Positions 8,494-20,274 of a stretch of DNA of 64,000 nt are shown here, piece by piece. Source of the DNA: an uncultured Actinomycetes bacterium (GTDB lineage: Bacteria; Actinomycetota; Thermoleophilia; Gaiellales; JAICJC01). Location of the stretch: the NCBI GenBank assembly GCA_963732075.1, contig CAVSYD010000003.1, positions 906,518-970,517 on the forward strand. The letters run 5' to 3'. Positions within the stretch are counted from its first letter, which is position 1; each line of letters opens with the position of its first letter. The position numbers and the translations under genes are program-made. Under the pieces are notes generated by a model. It saw only the letters and a program-made list of their open reading frames with translations. It had not been told where the DNA came from and did not search any database.

Positions 8494-9259
8494 ATGAGAA
8501 ACGTCCGACGCTTCATCATCTTGGCGACCGCTGGCGCCTGCACACTGGCGGTCGCAGCGCCCGTCCAGGCCGCCACGGTCACGGCGGTGCCGGCCGACCT
8601 GGGCGCGGTGGTCACCGGGCAGCATCCGGAAGCCACGGTCACATTCCACGCCGACCCCGGCATGGCGTTCGCCCACGACGACGGCGCCTTCCCGCTCACG
8701 CAGACGTATGAGACCGCGTGGGACGAGGTGTCCGACACCTGCAACGGGCCCCTGTCGGTTCCAGGCGCCCCGGTCACCTCCTGCAGCGCGCTGATGCGTG
8801 TGCACACGGAGGAGCCGGGCATCAACCTGGGCATCCCCCTGCTCCACCTGGACGTGCTCGAGTTTGACCCCGACGGCGTCAAGCCGAGCAAGGTGGTGCA
8901 GCTGGACGCCGTGGTGCAAGGCGGGATCACCACCCCGCCTGCCCGCGCAATCAAGGGCGCGACGGTCACGCCGTCGTTCGTCCACCAGTCGGGCGCGGCG
9001 GTGTTCCGCGTCACCTACGACCGGGGCATGTCCGGCCGTCGTCGAGGTGGTGAGTATGCGCACCGGTCATGTGGTGCGCACGCTGCACGTGCGTGACCTG
9101 CGCGTGTCCTGGCAGGTGCGCTGGCACGGCCGCGATGATCACGGCCACCTGGTGGCGCCCGGCCGTTACCAGATGCGGGCAGTCGCCCACGTCAAGCGCC
9201 CGTTCATCGCCAGGCCGGACGTCCTGCGCTCCCGCTGGGTCACCACCCGGATGCGCTAG
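8494..9259 (+). CDS. secreted hypothetical protein with FlgD-like Ig C-terminal domain; one apparent frameshift near 9015-9030
   Basis: AGGAGG lies 8 nt upstream of the ATG. Signal peptide is RRFIILATAGACTLAVAAPVQA. The C-terminus lies in the second frame: VVEVVSMRTGHVVRTLHV..WHGRDDHGHLVAPGRYQMRAV. Confidence 0.6.
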
Positions 9260-9846
9260 GCCGAAGACCCAACCGAGCCACTTGCTCCTATCTGCCGGCG
9301 GTCACGGCCTTCAGCTCGTCGAGCGACTCTCGGATGAGTTGCGGCAGGTCTCGCTGGTTGCGTCTCGTCGACCCAGCGTTCGAAGGCGATCTTGAAGACG
9401 GCGATCCCCGCCTCGGCGGTCAGGCTCGCGGCCGGGTCGTCGACGCCGCGCCGGCGCAGCGCGTCGGCGAGCGCCGAGGCGAGCGAGGCGAGCTTGATCA
9501 GCTCGCGCTCCTGGAGCTCGGCGTTCGCGGCGATGACGGCCTGGCGCTGCCGGGCGAACTCGCGGCGCTCCTGGAGCAGGGCGCCGGCGGCCTCGAGGGC
9601 GGCGGCGACCGCGTCGATCGGCGCGGCGGAATCGGGCGCGCCGGCGACGGCGCTCACGAGGAGCTCCTGCAGCGCGCCCGCGCCCCAGAACAGCACCTCG
9701 CGCTTGTCGGCGAAGTGCCGGAAGAACGTTCGCTCCGTGAGCCCGGCCCGCTCGGCGATCTCGGCCACGGTGGTGTTCTCGAACCCGCGCTCGCCGTAGA
9801 GCGCGAGGGCCGCCTGCTCGAGCCGGCCGCGGCGTCGGGCTCCCAT
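9256..9846 (-). CDS. TetR/AcrR-family transcriptional regulator (C-terminus probably frameshifted; conserved stop at 9288)
   Basis: HTH region is LEQAALALYGERGFENTTVAEIAERAGLTERTFFRHFADKREV. Compared with the fragment at 5710-5880 there is one extra nucleotide near 9360. Without it the gene would end ..RDLPQLIRESLDELKAVTAGR* at 9288. Confidence 0.85.
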   Translation of the reverse strand: MGARRRGRLEQAALALYGERGFENTTVAEIAERAGLTERTFFRHFADKREVLFWGAGALQELLVSAVAGAPDSAAPIDAVAAALEAAGALLQERREFARQRQAVIAANAELQERELIKLASLASALADALRRRGVDDPAASLTAEAGIAVFKIAFERWVDETQPARPAATHPRVARRAEGRDRRQIGASGSVGSSA

Positions 9847-9970
9847 CGCGCCATGCTCCGATCGTACCGGTGATGACAGCGGCTGACATCCGTGCTACAG
9901 TGATGACAGCAACTGACATCGACGTTCGCGCACCGCTGCCGAGGACGGTCGACCAAACTGGAGGTTTCTC

Positions 9971-10900
9971 ATGCGTGTATTCGTCACCGGCGCGTCCGGC
10001 TGGATCGGCTCCGCCGTCGTTCCCGAGCTCATCGGCGCCGGCCATCAGGTCGTCGGGCTCGCCCGCTCGGATGCCTCGGCCGCCGCCCTCACCGCCGCCG
10101 GGGCCGAGGTGCAGCGCGGCACGCTCGATGACCTCGACAGCCTGCGCGAGCGCGGCCGCGCGCGTCAGACGGCGTGATCCACCTCGCGTTCAAGCACGAC
10201 CTCGCGTTCTCGGGGGACTTCCAGGGCGCCGCCGACGCGGATCGCCGCGCCGTCGAGACATTCGGCGAGGCGCTGGCCGGCTCGGATCGACCGTTCGTCA
10301 TCGCCTCCGGGACGCTCGGGCTCGCACCGGGGCGGGTGGCGACCGAACGGGACGGGCACGGTCCCGACCCGGCGTCGGCGCCCTGATCGGCGGCGGTCCG
10401 CCGACCCGGTTGGCCACCGCGGAGCTCACGCTCTCCCTCGCCTCGCGCGGCGTCCGCTCGTCCGTCGTGCGACTCCCTCCGACGATCACGGCGACGGAGA
10501 CAACGGCTTCATGGCCACCCTGGTCGCCATCGCCCGCGACAAGGGCGTCTCCGGCTACATCGGCGACGGGTCCAACCGCTGGCCCGCCGTGCACCGGCTC
10601 GACTCCGCGCACCTCTTCCGCCTGGCGCTGGAGAAGGCGCCGGCGGGATCGACGCTGCACGCGGTCGCCGACGAGGGCGTGCCGATCCGCGACATCGCCG
10701 AGGTGATCGGGCGGCATCTCGACCTCCCCGTGGTCGCCGATCTCTCCCGAGGACGCCGGCGAGCACTTCAGGTGGCTGGCCGGCTTCCTCGCGGCTCGAC
10801 AGCCCGGCGTCCAGCGCGCTGACCCGCGAGCTGCTGGGTGGCAGCCGACGCAGCCCGGGCTGATCGACGATCTCGACCAGGGCCACTACTTTGCGCCGCG
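9971..10900 (+). pseudogene. NAD(P)-dependent SDR / NAD-dependent epimerase-dehydratase family protein, at least 3 frame changes (3' end approximate)
   Basis: Rossmann start [33 protein letters not shown]. The reading continues through ORFs 10174..10386 ([16 protein letters not shown]) and 10511..10822 (GYIGDGSNRWPAVHRLDSAHLFRLALE). The tail LTRELLGWQPTQPGLIDDLDQGHYF lies in a further frame. Confidence 0.7.
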
Positions 10901-11295
10901 ACCGCCAGGACAGTCCGATACTCGCGGGGAGAGATCCGAGCGACGCCGGCCTGGAAGTCGCCGCCGGCATTCTCCGCCGGGTCGATGTGTTCGAGGACGT
11001 TCTTCACCGGCACGGGAGGGTTCCACTCCTCAACCTGAGCGAGCACCACTCCGCCCGGCAACCCGCCCGGGTACAGCGCCGCCTCGGACGGCGTCCAGTC
11101 ACGGGCCACCGAGGCAACCACGGCGCGCCCGATGAACTCCCGTTCCGGTGCCCCGAGATAGACGACGAGGTCGCCGGGCGTGAGCGCGTCTCGGTGCGGC
11201 TCCCCGGCGCGGAGACCCCACATGTTGACCCTCAGGAGCCCCGCAGCCTCCTCGCGGCCCGCCTCACCTGCAAGCTGGAACAGGTAGTGGGCCAC
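10768..11295 (-). CDS. PUA-like (EVE/ASCH-like) domain protein
   Basis: 175-aa ORF with the pattern GDLVVYLGAP..EFIGRAVVASV..GGVVLAQVEEWNPPVPVKNVL..ARISPREYRTVL. The last 35 or so residues look like read-through, so the true stop may be nearer 10890. Confidence 0.45.
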   Translation of the reverse strand: MAHYLFQLAGEAGREEAAGLLRVNMWGLRAGEPHRDALTPGDLVVYLGAPEREFIGRAVVASVARDWTPSEAALYPGGLPGGVVLAQVEEWNPPVPVKNVLEHIDPAENAGGDFQAGVARISPREYRTVLAVAAQSSGPGRDRRSARAASAATQQLAGQRAGRRAVEPRGSRPAT

Positions 11296-11296
11296 G

Positions 11297-12649
11297 TCAG
11301 CGGGTGAGCCGCTCGGTCAGCTCGGCCGCCTGGTCGCGGAGCTCCGGTATGGCCACGGACTCCCACAACTCCCCGCGCCGCATCCAGCCGATCGTCGAGA
11401 TCGTCGTCGAGAGCTCACCGGCAGCGTCCCTCACGGCTCCTCCGGCATCTGTGTCGAGCCCGAGGCCGAGCGGGTGCGGCCGGGCGAGGCCCCGGTCGAG
11501 CAGGCGATCGTAGAGCGGTGAGCCCGCACCGAACGGCGAGTCGGCGGGGCCGACGCAGTTCACGGCCGCGTCGAACGTCATGGTCTCGACGCTGCCCCCG
11601 GAGCGACGGCGCAGGCTCACCGTCAGCCGCCCATCGTCTTCCCCGGCGGCGAGCAGCGAGCCGGCCACGATCGTCAGCTGCCCGCTGGCGCGGAGCGCTT
11701 CGATCCACGTCGCCGCCGCCGGCGCCATCCGGTTTCGGTTGATCGCCCAGAACCGGGCGTAGCTCTGCAGGAAGCGGCGCTGGTCGTCGCGCGAGAACCC
11801 CTTCCAGATCGCCTGCGTCTGGGCCCGCATCGAATCGACGACGTCGCGCGCGTCACCACCCCGCGCTGCGGCGGCGGACACGGCCGCGCGGAAGGCGCGA
11901 ACCTGCTCTCGCAGCGTCGTGCCCGCCGGCGGCGGATGGTGATCGAGCGCAATCGGCCCCTCCGGCCAGCGATGCGGTACCGGCAGGAGCCCGGTCCGCG
12001 AGATGCCGACCAGGCGGACGCCGGGCCGCAGCTCGACGAGGCGCAGCGCGACGTCGACCATTGTGAGTCCCGTTCCCACCAGGAGGATGTCGTTGCCGTC
12101 CGCGAGCCGGTCGAGCGCCTGCACCCCCCACGGATTGGCCAGGTACCGCGGCGACGCGTGCGGCCACCCTCCGGAGCGCAGCGGCGCGTCGCGAGCGGCC
12201 GGCGTTCCCGTGGCGAGGACCACGTGACCGGCCTCGATCTCGCGTCCGTCGGCCAGTGCCACGCGGATTCGCCCGTCCACAGGCGTGAGGGCGACCGCTT
12301 CGGCGCGGATGGTCGCCAGGGTGCCGGGGGCGTGCTCGGACGCCTGCGCGAGCAGGTCGGTGAGGTAGCGGCCGAACGTCATGCGCGGCAGGAACGCCCC
12401 GTCCGGCGCGGCCTCGCCGTGCGCGGCCAGCCAGTCGCGGAAGTGCTCCCGGCGGCCCGCGATGCCCCCCATGTTCGCGGCGACGACATTCAGGAGATGC
12501 TCGGGGAACATCGTGGAGTAGGCGACGCCACGCCCCAGGCGATCGTCGCGCTCGACGATCACGACCGGCCCGGCCGTCTCGGCCCGGAGCAGATGAACGG
12601 CGGTGAGCGTCCCGGCGGCGCCGCCGCCGATGATTGCGATCTGCGTCAC
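11297..12649 (-). CDS. FAD/NAD(P)-binding oxidoreductase (FAD-NAD(P)-binding family)
   Basis: Intact 450-aa ORF. Has an N-terminal dinucleotide fold (IAIIGGGAAGTLTAVHLL) and a second fold (ILLVGTGLTMVDV). Confidence 0.7.
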   Translation of the reverse strand: MTQIAIIGGGAAGTLTAVHLLRAETAGPVVIVERDDRLGRGVAYSTMFPEHLLNVVAANMGGIAGRREHFRDWLAAHGEAAPDGAFLPRMTFGRYLTDLLAQASEHAPGTLATIRAEAVALTPVDGRIRVALADGREIEAGHVVLATGTPAARDAPLRSGGWPHASPRYLANPWGVQALDRLADGNDILLVGTGLTMVDVALRLVELRPGVRLVGISRTGLLPVPHRWPEGPIALDHHPPPAGTTLREQVRAFRAAVSAAAARGGDARDVVDSMRAQTQAIWKGFSRDDQRRFLQSYARFWAINRNRMAPAAATWIEALRASGQLTIVAGSLLAAGEDDGRLTVSLRRRSGGSVETMTFDAAVNCVGPADSPFGAGSPLYDRLLDRGLARPHPLGLGLDTDAGGAVRDAAGELSTTISTIGWMRRGELWESVAIPELRDQAAELTERLTR

Positions 12650-12738
12650 AGGCCCGCCGATGATATTGACCGCGAGCCTTGGGCTGTGCCGGAGCGGGCG
12701 CTCCCCCGCACGAGTTCTGAGCGGCGCGGCGGTGTGGC

Positions 12739-15700
12739 TCAGACCGACGCGAGCCCGTGCCGGTGGGCGTAGGACGCGGCCTCGGTGCGGTTGGCGCAGC
12801 CGGTCTTGCGCAGGATGCTGCGGACGTGGTTGGCGGCGGTGTGCTCGCTGATCGAGAGCGCCTGGCCGATCTCGCGGTTGCTGAGCCCTCGGGCGACGAG
12901 CGCGCAGGATCTGCGACCTCGCGCGGCGAGAGCCCGTCGGGCAGGTCGGCTGCCGGCAGCGCGACGGCGCCGAGCGCGCGGATCCTGGCGAGCAGCGCCG
13001 GCATGCCGATCCGCTCGGCCAGCGAGGCGGCCTCGCCGAGCAGCGCCTCGGCCTGCGTCGCGGTCGCGCGCGCCACGCGCGAGCAGGAAGCGCCCGTACT
13101 CGTAGGCGGTGTGCGCGAGCCAGGTCGACGCGCCCATGCGCCGGTTGAGCGCCATCGCCCGCTCGAAGTGCTCCTCGGCGCGTCGGGCTCGCCGAGCGTC
13201 GCCGCGAGCATGCCGAGGTAGCGGTCGGCGGCGCCGTAGCAGGCGACCAGGTGGCCGATCATCACGTTCGGCGCCGGCGAGCGGCTCGAGCTCGGGATAG
13301 ACGAGGGCCGCGATGGCCTCGTCGCCGAGCGCCGCGCAGGCGTCGGTCAGGTAGGTGAGCGAGGCCAGCCAGAGCGACGTCGCGGAAGCCGTCGAGCCCT
13401 CGGCGGCAAGCCGTGCGCGAGCTCCCGCCTGCGCCTCGGCCTCCATTCCCGAGCTCGGCGAGCAGCGGCGACGAGCCCGGGCCGCCACGGCCCGTCGCGC
13501 TCGGCCCTCGCCGGCGAGGATCCGGATCACCGGCGCGAACTCCGCCAGCCGCCCCTGCTCGCGGCGGACGCCGAACATCTGGATGCCGTAGACGCCGGAG
13601 GCGTCGCGGCCGGTCAGCAGCCGGCCCCACTCGTGCGAGCGCGCGCGCCAGTCGCCTCGGCCTCCGCGAGGTTCCCGTCGCAGAGGGCGATCGCCGAGCC
13701 GTAGTGCTCGGCGACATGGTGCATGAACGGCTGCGCGGTGCGCTCGGCCATCTCGCGCAGGGCGGCGACCTCGCGCGCGGGCAGACTCGAGGTCGCCGAG
13801 GGCGACGAAGGTCGGCACCCGCCAGGCCATCGCCTCGGTGTGGATCTCGGTGTCCCCGAGCTCCTCGCCGAGGTCCCGCGCCTCGGTCAGCATCGCGAGG
13901 ATCTCCTCGAGCGGGGTCGTCCCGCGCGCCCAGTAGGAGCGCATCAGCACCGTGGCGAGCCCGGCACGGTCGTCGAGGCGCCGCGCCAGCGCGACGGCGT
14001 CGTCGCGGACGATCGCGCCCGCGCTCGCGCTCGCCCTGGAAGTCGAGCGCCCGGGCGAGGCCGGCGAGCAGGCCGATCCGCAGCTCCGAGTCGCTCCTCG
14101 CCGAGCGCTGCAGCGCCTCCTCGAGCAGCGCGACCGAGTCCCTGCTCGGCCATGCCCGGGCGCCAGCAGGCCTCCTCGTAGCCGATCGCCGCCCGCGCGA
14201 GCAGCTCGCGTCGCCCAGCTCGCGGGCGATCTCCGCCGCCGCCGCGAACGCGTCCAGCGCGTCGACCGCCTTGCCCGCCCGGTGGCTGGCCGCGCCGAGC
14301 TCGAGCAGACGCCGGCCGCGCTCGGCCTCGTCGTCGATCCCGAGCTCGATCGCGGTGCGCAGGCGCGACGCCGGCTCGTCGAAGGCGAGCGCCGCGCTGG
14401 CCGCGCCGCGCCGCGAGCAGGTTGTACTCGATCGCCGCGCTCGGCCCCGCCGAACGGCGCGGCCGCGCCGAAGTGATGGGCGAGGTCGGCGAGCGCCCGG
14501 CCGCGAGGCGCCCCGGCGCGCCTCGAGGGCCTCGCCGACACGGAGGTGCAGCTCGGCCCGCCGCAGCCGCGAGAGCCGGTCGTAGAGCGCCCGCCGCACG
14601 AGCTCGTGGGTGAAGCGGTAGGCGAGCCGCGGCGCGGGGAGCTCCTCGATCATCCCGCTCCCCACCGCCTCCTCGAGGGCGGCGAGCAGCTCGGGCTCGC
14701 GCGAGCCCGGCGGCGCGGCGGACCGAGTCGAGCTCGAACTCCGGGCCGGCTACGGCCGCCAGCTCGAGCAGGTCCGATGGTCGCGGGCGCGAGGCGCGAG
14801 AGCCGCTGGCTGACGACCTCGCGGACGCTCTCGGGCGTGCCGAGCTCGGCAGCGGCCGCGTCACCATCACGTCGCCGCCGGCGACCTCGACGACCCCGGT
14901 CTCGACCAGGGCGCGCCAGAGCTCGCAGACGAGGAACGCGTTGCCCTCGGTGAGGTCGTGGATCGCTGCGCGCGAGCTCGCGCAGCTCGGGCCGGGAGTC
15001 GCCGCCGGCGGCGCGACGGACGAACTCGGCGACCTCCGTCGCCCGAGAGCCCGGCGAGCCGCAGCCGCGACGACGTCCTCGGAGCGGCGCAGGTCGGCGA
15101 GCGTCTCCGCGAGCGCCTCCGGCACGTCGGCCTCGGTGTCGCGGAAGGTCGCGAGCAGCAGCATGCGGGCGTGTCCGGCGGAGCGCGCCAGGTGCCGCAG
15201 GAGGAGCAGCGTCGGCGCGTCGGCCCAGTGCCCGTCCTCGAGCACGAGCAGCACCGGCCGGCCCCGGCTGACGCTGGCGAGCAGGTCGGTAACCGCCGTG
15301 TGGAGGCGGAGGCGCTCGGTGTCGGGATCGGCCTCGACCGGCGCGGGCAGCTCGCCGACCCGGGTCGGCAGATCGGGCAGCAGCCGGGTCAGCTCGCCGC
15401 CGCCGGTGCCGAGCGCGGCGCGCAGCTCGGCGGGATCGGTGACCCGCGGCGAGGCTGGTCGAGCGCCTCGACGAACGGGCCCGTAGGGCGTCCGCACGAC
15501 GGCGTCGCAGGCGCCGTAGAGGACCAGCGCGCCATCCGCGCGCCGCCTCGCGCGGCGAACTCGCGGACCAGCCGGCTCTTGCCGAGCCCGGGCTCGCCGC
15601 CGAGCAGCACGACCCGGCGGCCCTCGCCCTCGGCGCGCGGCATCAGGCGTGCGCGAGCTCTCGAGCTCGGCCGCGCGCCCGACGAACGGAAAGGCCGAGG

Positions 15701-15743
15701 TGAGCCGGAGCGAGCCCGGGAGGTCCGCGATCTCGGCGTCCAT
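12739..15743 (-). pseudogene. large ATP-binding LuxR-family regulator (AAA/P-loop N-terminus, TPR-like middle, LuxR HTH C-terminus), many frame changes
   Basis: - N-terminus: FPFVGRAAELE.
- Walker A: LLGGEPGLGKSRL.
- Walker B: PVLLVLEDGHWAD.
- C-terminus: LSNREIGQALSISEHTAANHVRSILRKTG.
- These pieces lie in three alternating minus frames: ORFs 13944..15794, 15389..15643, 13262..14665 and 12739..14541. Confidence 0.8.
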
Positions 15744-15893
15744 GCGACGACGATAGTCAGATCTGACCATTCGCGCCGGAATCGGCCGCAGCACCGGCGC
15801 TCGAAGTGGGTCAGGTCAGGTCATGACAGGCGGCATTCGGCGGTCCTAGGGTCGACGCCGATAAGACGATCTCGACCGAGCAAGGAGGACAGC

Positions 15894-17298
15894 GTGAGCA
15901 CCACCACGTCACCTGCACGCAGCGCCCGCAGGAGCTCACCGGCTTCGAGGGACGGCTGATCCGACCCGAGGACGCCGGCTACGAGGAGGCGCGCAAGGTC
16001 TACAACGCGATGATCGACCGGCGCCCGGCGCTGATCGCCTGCGCCGCCGACGCCGACGACGTCGCCAGGATCGATCGCGCTTCGCCCGCGACCACGACCT
16101 GCTGCTCGCCGTGCGCGGCGGCGGCCACAACGGCGCCGGCCTGGGAACGTGCGACGACGGCGTCGTCCTCGACCTCTCGCGGCTGAAGGGCGATCGAGGT
16201 CGACCCCGCAGGCCCGCACCGTGCGGGTCGGCGGCGGCTGCACCTGGGGCGAGGTCGATCGCGGCGACCAACGAGCACGGGCTGGCGACGCCGAGCGGGA
16301 TCATCTCGACCACCGGCGTCGGCGGCCTGACGCTCGGCGGCGGCATCGGCCACCTGACCCGCAAGTGCGGCCTGACGATCGACAACCTGCTCGAGGCGGA
16401 CGTCGTGCTGGCAAACGGCGAGCAGCGTGCGCGCCAGCGCCGACGAGAACCCCGACCTGTTCTGGGCGATCCGCGGCGGCGGCGGCAACTTCGGCGTCGT
16501 CACCTCGTTCCTCTTCCGGCTGCACGAGGTCGGCACGATCGTCGGCGGGCCGACCTTCTGGCCGGTCGAGCAGGCGCCGAGGTGCTGCGCCGCCTACCGC
16601 GACTTCCTCCCGACGCGCCGCGCGAGCTGAACGGCTTCTTCGCCTTCACGTCCGTTCCGCCGGCGCCGCCGTTCCCCGAGGAGCTGCACCTGCGCAAGGT
16701 CTGCGGCGTCGTCTGGTGCTACGTCGGGCGCGAGGAGGACGCCGCGCGAGGCGATGGCTCCGCTGCTGGAGTGCAGTGCCGAGCCGCTGCATGCACGGCG
16801 TCGGCCGATGCCGCCACCCGGCGCTGCAGAGCGCCTTCGACGCTGTCTACCCGCCCGGCGACCAGTGGTACTGGCGCGCCGACTTCGTCAAGGAGATCCC
16901 CGACGAGGCCGTCCAGGTCCACGCCAGGTTCGGCGCCGAGATGCCGACGATGCAGTCGACGATGCACCTGTACCCGATCGACGGCGCCGCCCACGACGTC
17001 GGGCCGACGGAGACGCCGTGGGGCTATCGCGACGCTCGCTGGGGCTCGGTCTTCGCGGGCGTCGACCCCGACCCGGCCAACGCCGACGGCGATCCGCCGC
17101 TGGTGCGTCGACTACTTCGAGGCGCTGCACCCCTACTCGGCCGGCGGCGCCTACGTGAACATGATGATGGACGAGGGCCAGGAGCGGGTGCGGGCCAGCT
17201 ACGGCGACAACTACGACCGCCTCGCCCAGATCAAGGCGACGTACGACCCGGGCAACCTCTTCCGCGTCAACCAGAACATCCAGCCCAAGACCGCATGA
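15894..17298 (+). pseudogene. FAD-linked oxidase with BBE C-terminal domain, several frame changes
   Basis: AAGGAGGA lies upstream of GTG 15894. FAD_binding_4 blocks are [29 protein letters not shown] and [18 protein letters not shown]. The BBE tail is [43 protein letters not shown]. The pieces are split over ORFs 16111..17298, 16149..17351 and 16427..16630. Confidence 0.8.
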
Positions 17299-18490
17299 GC
17301 GAACACGACGTCATGATCGTGGGTGGCGGATCGCGGGCGGCGCGCTGGTGACGGTCATGGCCCGGGCTGGCGCGAACGTCCTGATGCTCGAGCGCCAGGC
17401 TGGGTACCAGGATCACGTGCGAGGCGAGATTCTCGGCGATGGGGTGCTCGCCCCGCACGTGAGCTGGACATCGAGCGTTGCTCCTCGATGCCTGGGTCCG
17501 GTGGTGCGACGGCTTGACCTGTACGACGAAGGCGAGGACGGGCCGACCCGGGACGACGTCGGCGCCGCCATCCCGGGGATCGCCGGGTCGCTCAACGTCA
17601 ACCACCCGACCGCCTGCGCGGCGCTGACCGAGGCGGCCGCGTCCGCCGGCGACGATGTGCGCATGGGTGTGCGCGACGTGCATCCCGCCTGGCAGGCGGC
17701 CGTCGGCGCGGTGGCTCGATCGCGAAGGGGTGAAGCACGCGACCGGCACGATGGTCGTGGGCGCCGACGGGCGCCGCTCGGCCGTGCGCTCCCAGGCGGC
17801 GATCCCGTTCGAGGTCGATCCGCCGGCACACCTCGTGGCCGGGATGCTGGTGCAGGGTGACGCCGGGATCGGCGAGGGGCCAACCTGATCGTGCGAGAGT
17901 CCGACGTCATGTTCTTCTCGTTCCCGCAGGAGGCCGGACGGGCCCGGCTCTACTTCCGTTCCCGTCACGACCAGCGCTCGCCTTCGCCGGCCGTGACGGC
18001 GCGCGCCGGTTTCTGGGCGAGACGAGGCTCGACTGCCGGCAGCGAGCGGCGGACTAGGAGTACGGACAGCCCGCCTGACCGTGTGCGACCTTCCCCGGCG
18101 AGGACAGCCGCGCCCCGAATCCGCTGGCCGGGGGCGTCGTCTTGATCGGCGATGCGGCCGGGTACGAGAACCTGCTCCAGGGCCAGGGTCTCTCGATGGC
18201 GCTCCAGGACGTGCACGACGTGTCCGCAGCGCTTCTGGACGAGGGCGGCGCGCCGCCCTGGAGGGGTACGCAGCCGCTCGCGCCACCGCCAGCGGCTTGC
18301 GAACGTCGGCGCTGCGCTCGAAGTCTGGACACACGCCGGATCCGCCCCACAGGACCCGGCCGAGCGGGCCGCGCGCTACGAGCACATCGAGAACGACGAC
18401 GTGCTCGCCGCGCTCGAGCTCGACTGCAGCCTGGATCGAGCCCCTCCCCCAGGACCTGACACACACAGAGCTCGGCAAACGGCTCGATAG
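17295..18490 (+). pseudogene. FAD-dependent monooxygenase (UbiH/PheA-type), several frame changes (3' end uncertain)
   Basis: The start overlaps the preceding stop (ATGA). Blocks are [24 protein letters not shown] and IGDAAGYENLLQGQGLSMALQD. They are scattered over ORFs 17348.., 17655.., 17891.. and 18142... Confidence 0.7.
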
Positions 18491-18812
18491 GTACACAGCG
18501 AACTCAAAGGTACTGCCGAGCGCCCTTTGATGTCACGGTGGTGGAATCCAGTTACCTCAAATGCCCTCCCAAGGAGGAACACATGGGGAACCGAATCCCA
18601 ATCGCCGGAGCCGGGCGCTCAACATCCCGACCGTCGTTGCCGCGGCGTACGTCCCAACCCTCGCCACCGTCGTGATGGCAGTTGTCTGGCCGCGCTGGGC
18701 GCCCGTCTCGCCCCTGATGGTGGACTGGGCGATCCTGCCCGAAGAGACACAGAGCGCCCGCGTTGCCGAGCGCCACGACGAGGTATTACCCCGAAGCCGC
18801 CTGATCTCACCT

Positions 18813-20267
18813 TCAGGCAGTCTCCTTCGGTGACGGCGCGGGTGCGGGTGTCCGATCGCCCGGCAGGACGATTCGAAACGTCGCGCCGTCACCGAGGGTG
18901 CTCTCAACCTCCACGGATCCCTCGTGTCCTCGAGCGATGGCCTCCACAATGGAGAGGCCGAGCCCGGATCCGCCGCTGGCCCGGGCGCGCGAGGGGTCGG
19001 CCCGGTAGAAGCGTTCGAACAGGTGCTCGACGTGATCCTCCGGGATGCCCGGGCCGTGGTCTTTGACCGCAACGACGACGCCGCGGTCGGTGGCGCGCAC
19101 GGACACGTCGATGCGCGTCCCCGGGGGTGTGTGGGAGCGGGCGTTGGAGAGCAGGTTTGCGACCGCCTGGCGAAGCCGGCCGGGGTCGCCGACCACCACG
19201 CAACCGGCATCGGCTTCGAAGGTAATAGGCCAATCGGGGTGCAGCAGCCGATGGTCGGTGACCAGGTCCTCGACGAGGTTGGGCAGGCTGACGGGGCCCC
19301 GTTCGAGCGGGCGGTCCTGGTCGAGCTTCCCCAGGAGCAGCAGGTCGTCGACGAGCCGTCCCATGCGCTCGGCCTCGGCCTCGATGCGCCGCATCACAAC
19401 GGCCAGATCGGCCGGATTCTCGGCGGCTCCGCGACGGAACAACTCGGCGTATCCGCGCACCGACGTCAGCGGGGTGCGCAGCTCATCGGAGGCATCGGCG
19501 ACGAATCGGCGCAGACGCTCCTCAGACCTCTTGCTCTGAAGGAAGGCTGCTTCGATCTGACCCAGCATCGTGTTGAGGGAGGCACCGAGCCGTCCAACCT
19601 CGGTGCGCGGGTCGTCGTCATCGCGCGCTGGGTGAGATCGCCGGCCGCGATCGCGGCGGCGGTGCCCTCGATGGATTCGAGCGGCCGGAACTCACGCCGC
19701 ACCATCACGTAGGCCAGGATCGCCACGAGGGCGAGCACGGCGAGACCAACCAGGAGCTCGAGGTTGACGAGGCGCGACAACGTGGCGTTGACGTCGGCCA
19801 GCGGAGTGGCGATCACGAGCAGCGTGCCGCGCGGGAGCCGGGTCGCCGGTGGGGGCGGGCCCGGGCCGCCCTCACCGGCGGTGGAGACGCTCGCCGCACG
19901 GACAGCGGAGAACCGGTACCCGGACGAGGTGAAGCGGCCGGGCTTGACGTGTGTCATCGCGGAGATCAGGTCTGCGCGATCCGGAACGGTGCCGACCGTC
20001 GCCGCGGTGATCGATCCGCCGGGGCGGACGAGCGCCGTCAAGAGCATGCCGGGGAAGCGCCTGGTAGAGGCCGCGCGAGGAGCCGAGGTCGTGGTCGCCG
20101 GAGAGATAGTGGAGGGCCGGCCCCTCCGCCGCCTGGAACTGCTGGTCGACACGACCGATGAGGAACGACTGCAGCGCAACCCGCGTCGCAAAGCCGGCGG
20201 CAATGAGACCGAGCGCGACCAGGACGACAGTTAACGCCGTCAGGCGACTTCGCAAAGAGATCCGCAT
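18813..20267 (-). pseudogene. two-component sensor histidine kinase (2 TM, HAMP, HisKA, HATPase_c), at least 2 frame changes
   Basis: - N-terminal TM: LTALTVVLVALGLIAAGF.
- HAMP: IAAGDLTQRA.
- H-box: FVADASDELRTPLTSV.
- N/G boxes: LLSNARSHTP, DHGPGIP, GGSGLGLSIV.
- One shift near 19620 is bridged by restoring a single G. Confidence 0.85.
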
Positions 20268-20274
20268 GCTGCGC

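Noticed and set aside
18583-18833. Short plus-strand ORF with AAGGAGG-N6-ATG, convergent with the histidine kinase
   Set aside because: The ATG-frame ORF is only 30 codons. A plausible TM segment (VVAAAYVPTLATVVMAVVW) appears only after assuming yet another frameshift. That is too speculative to call.
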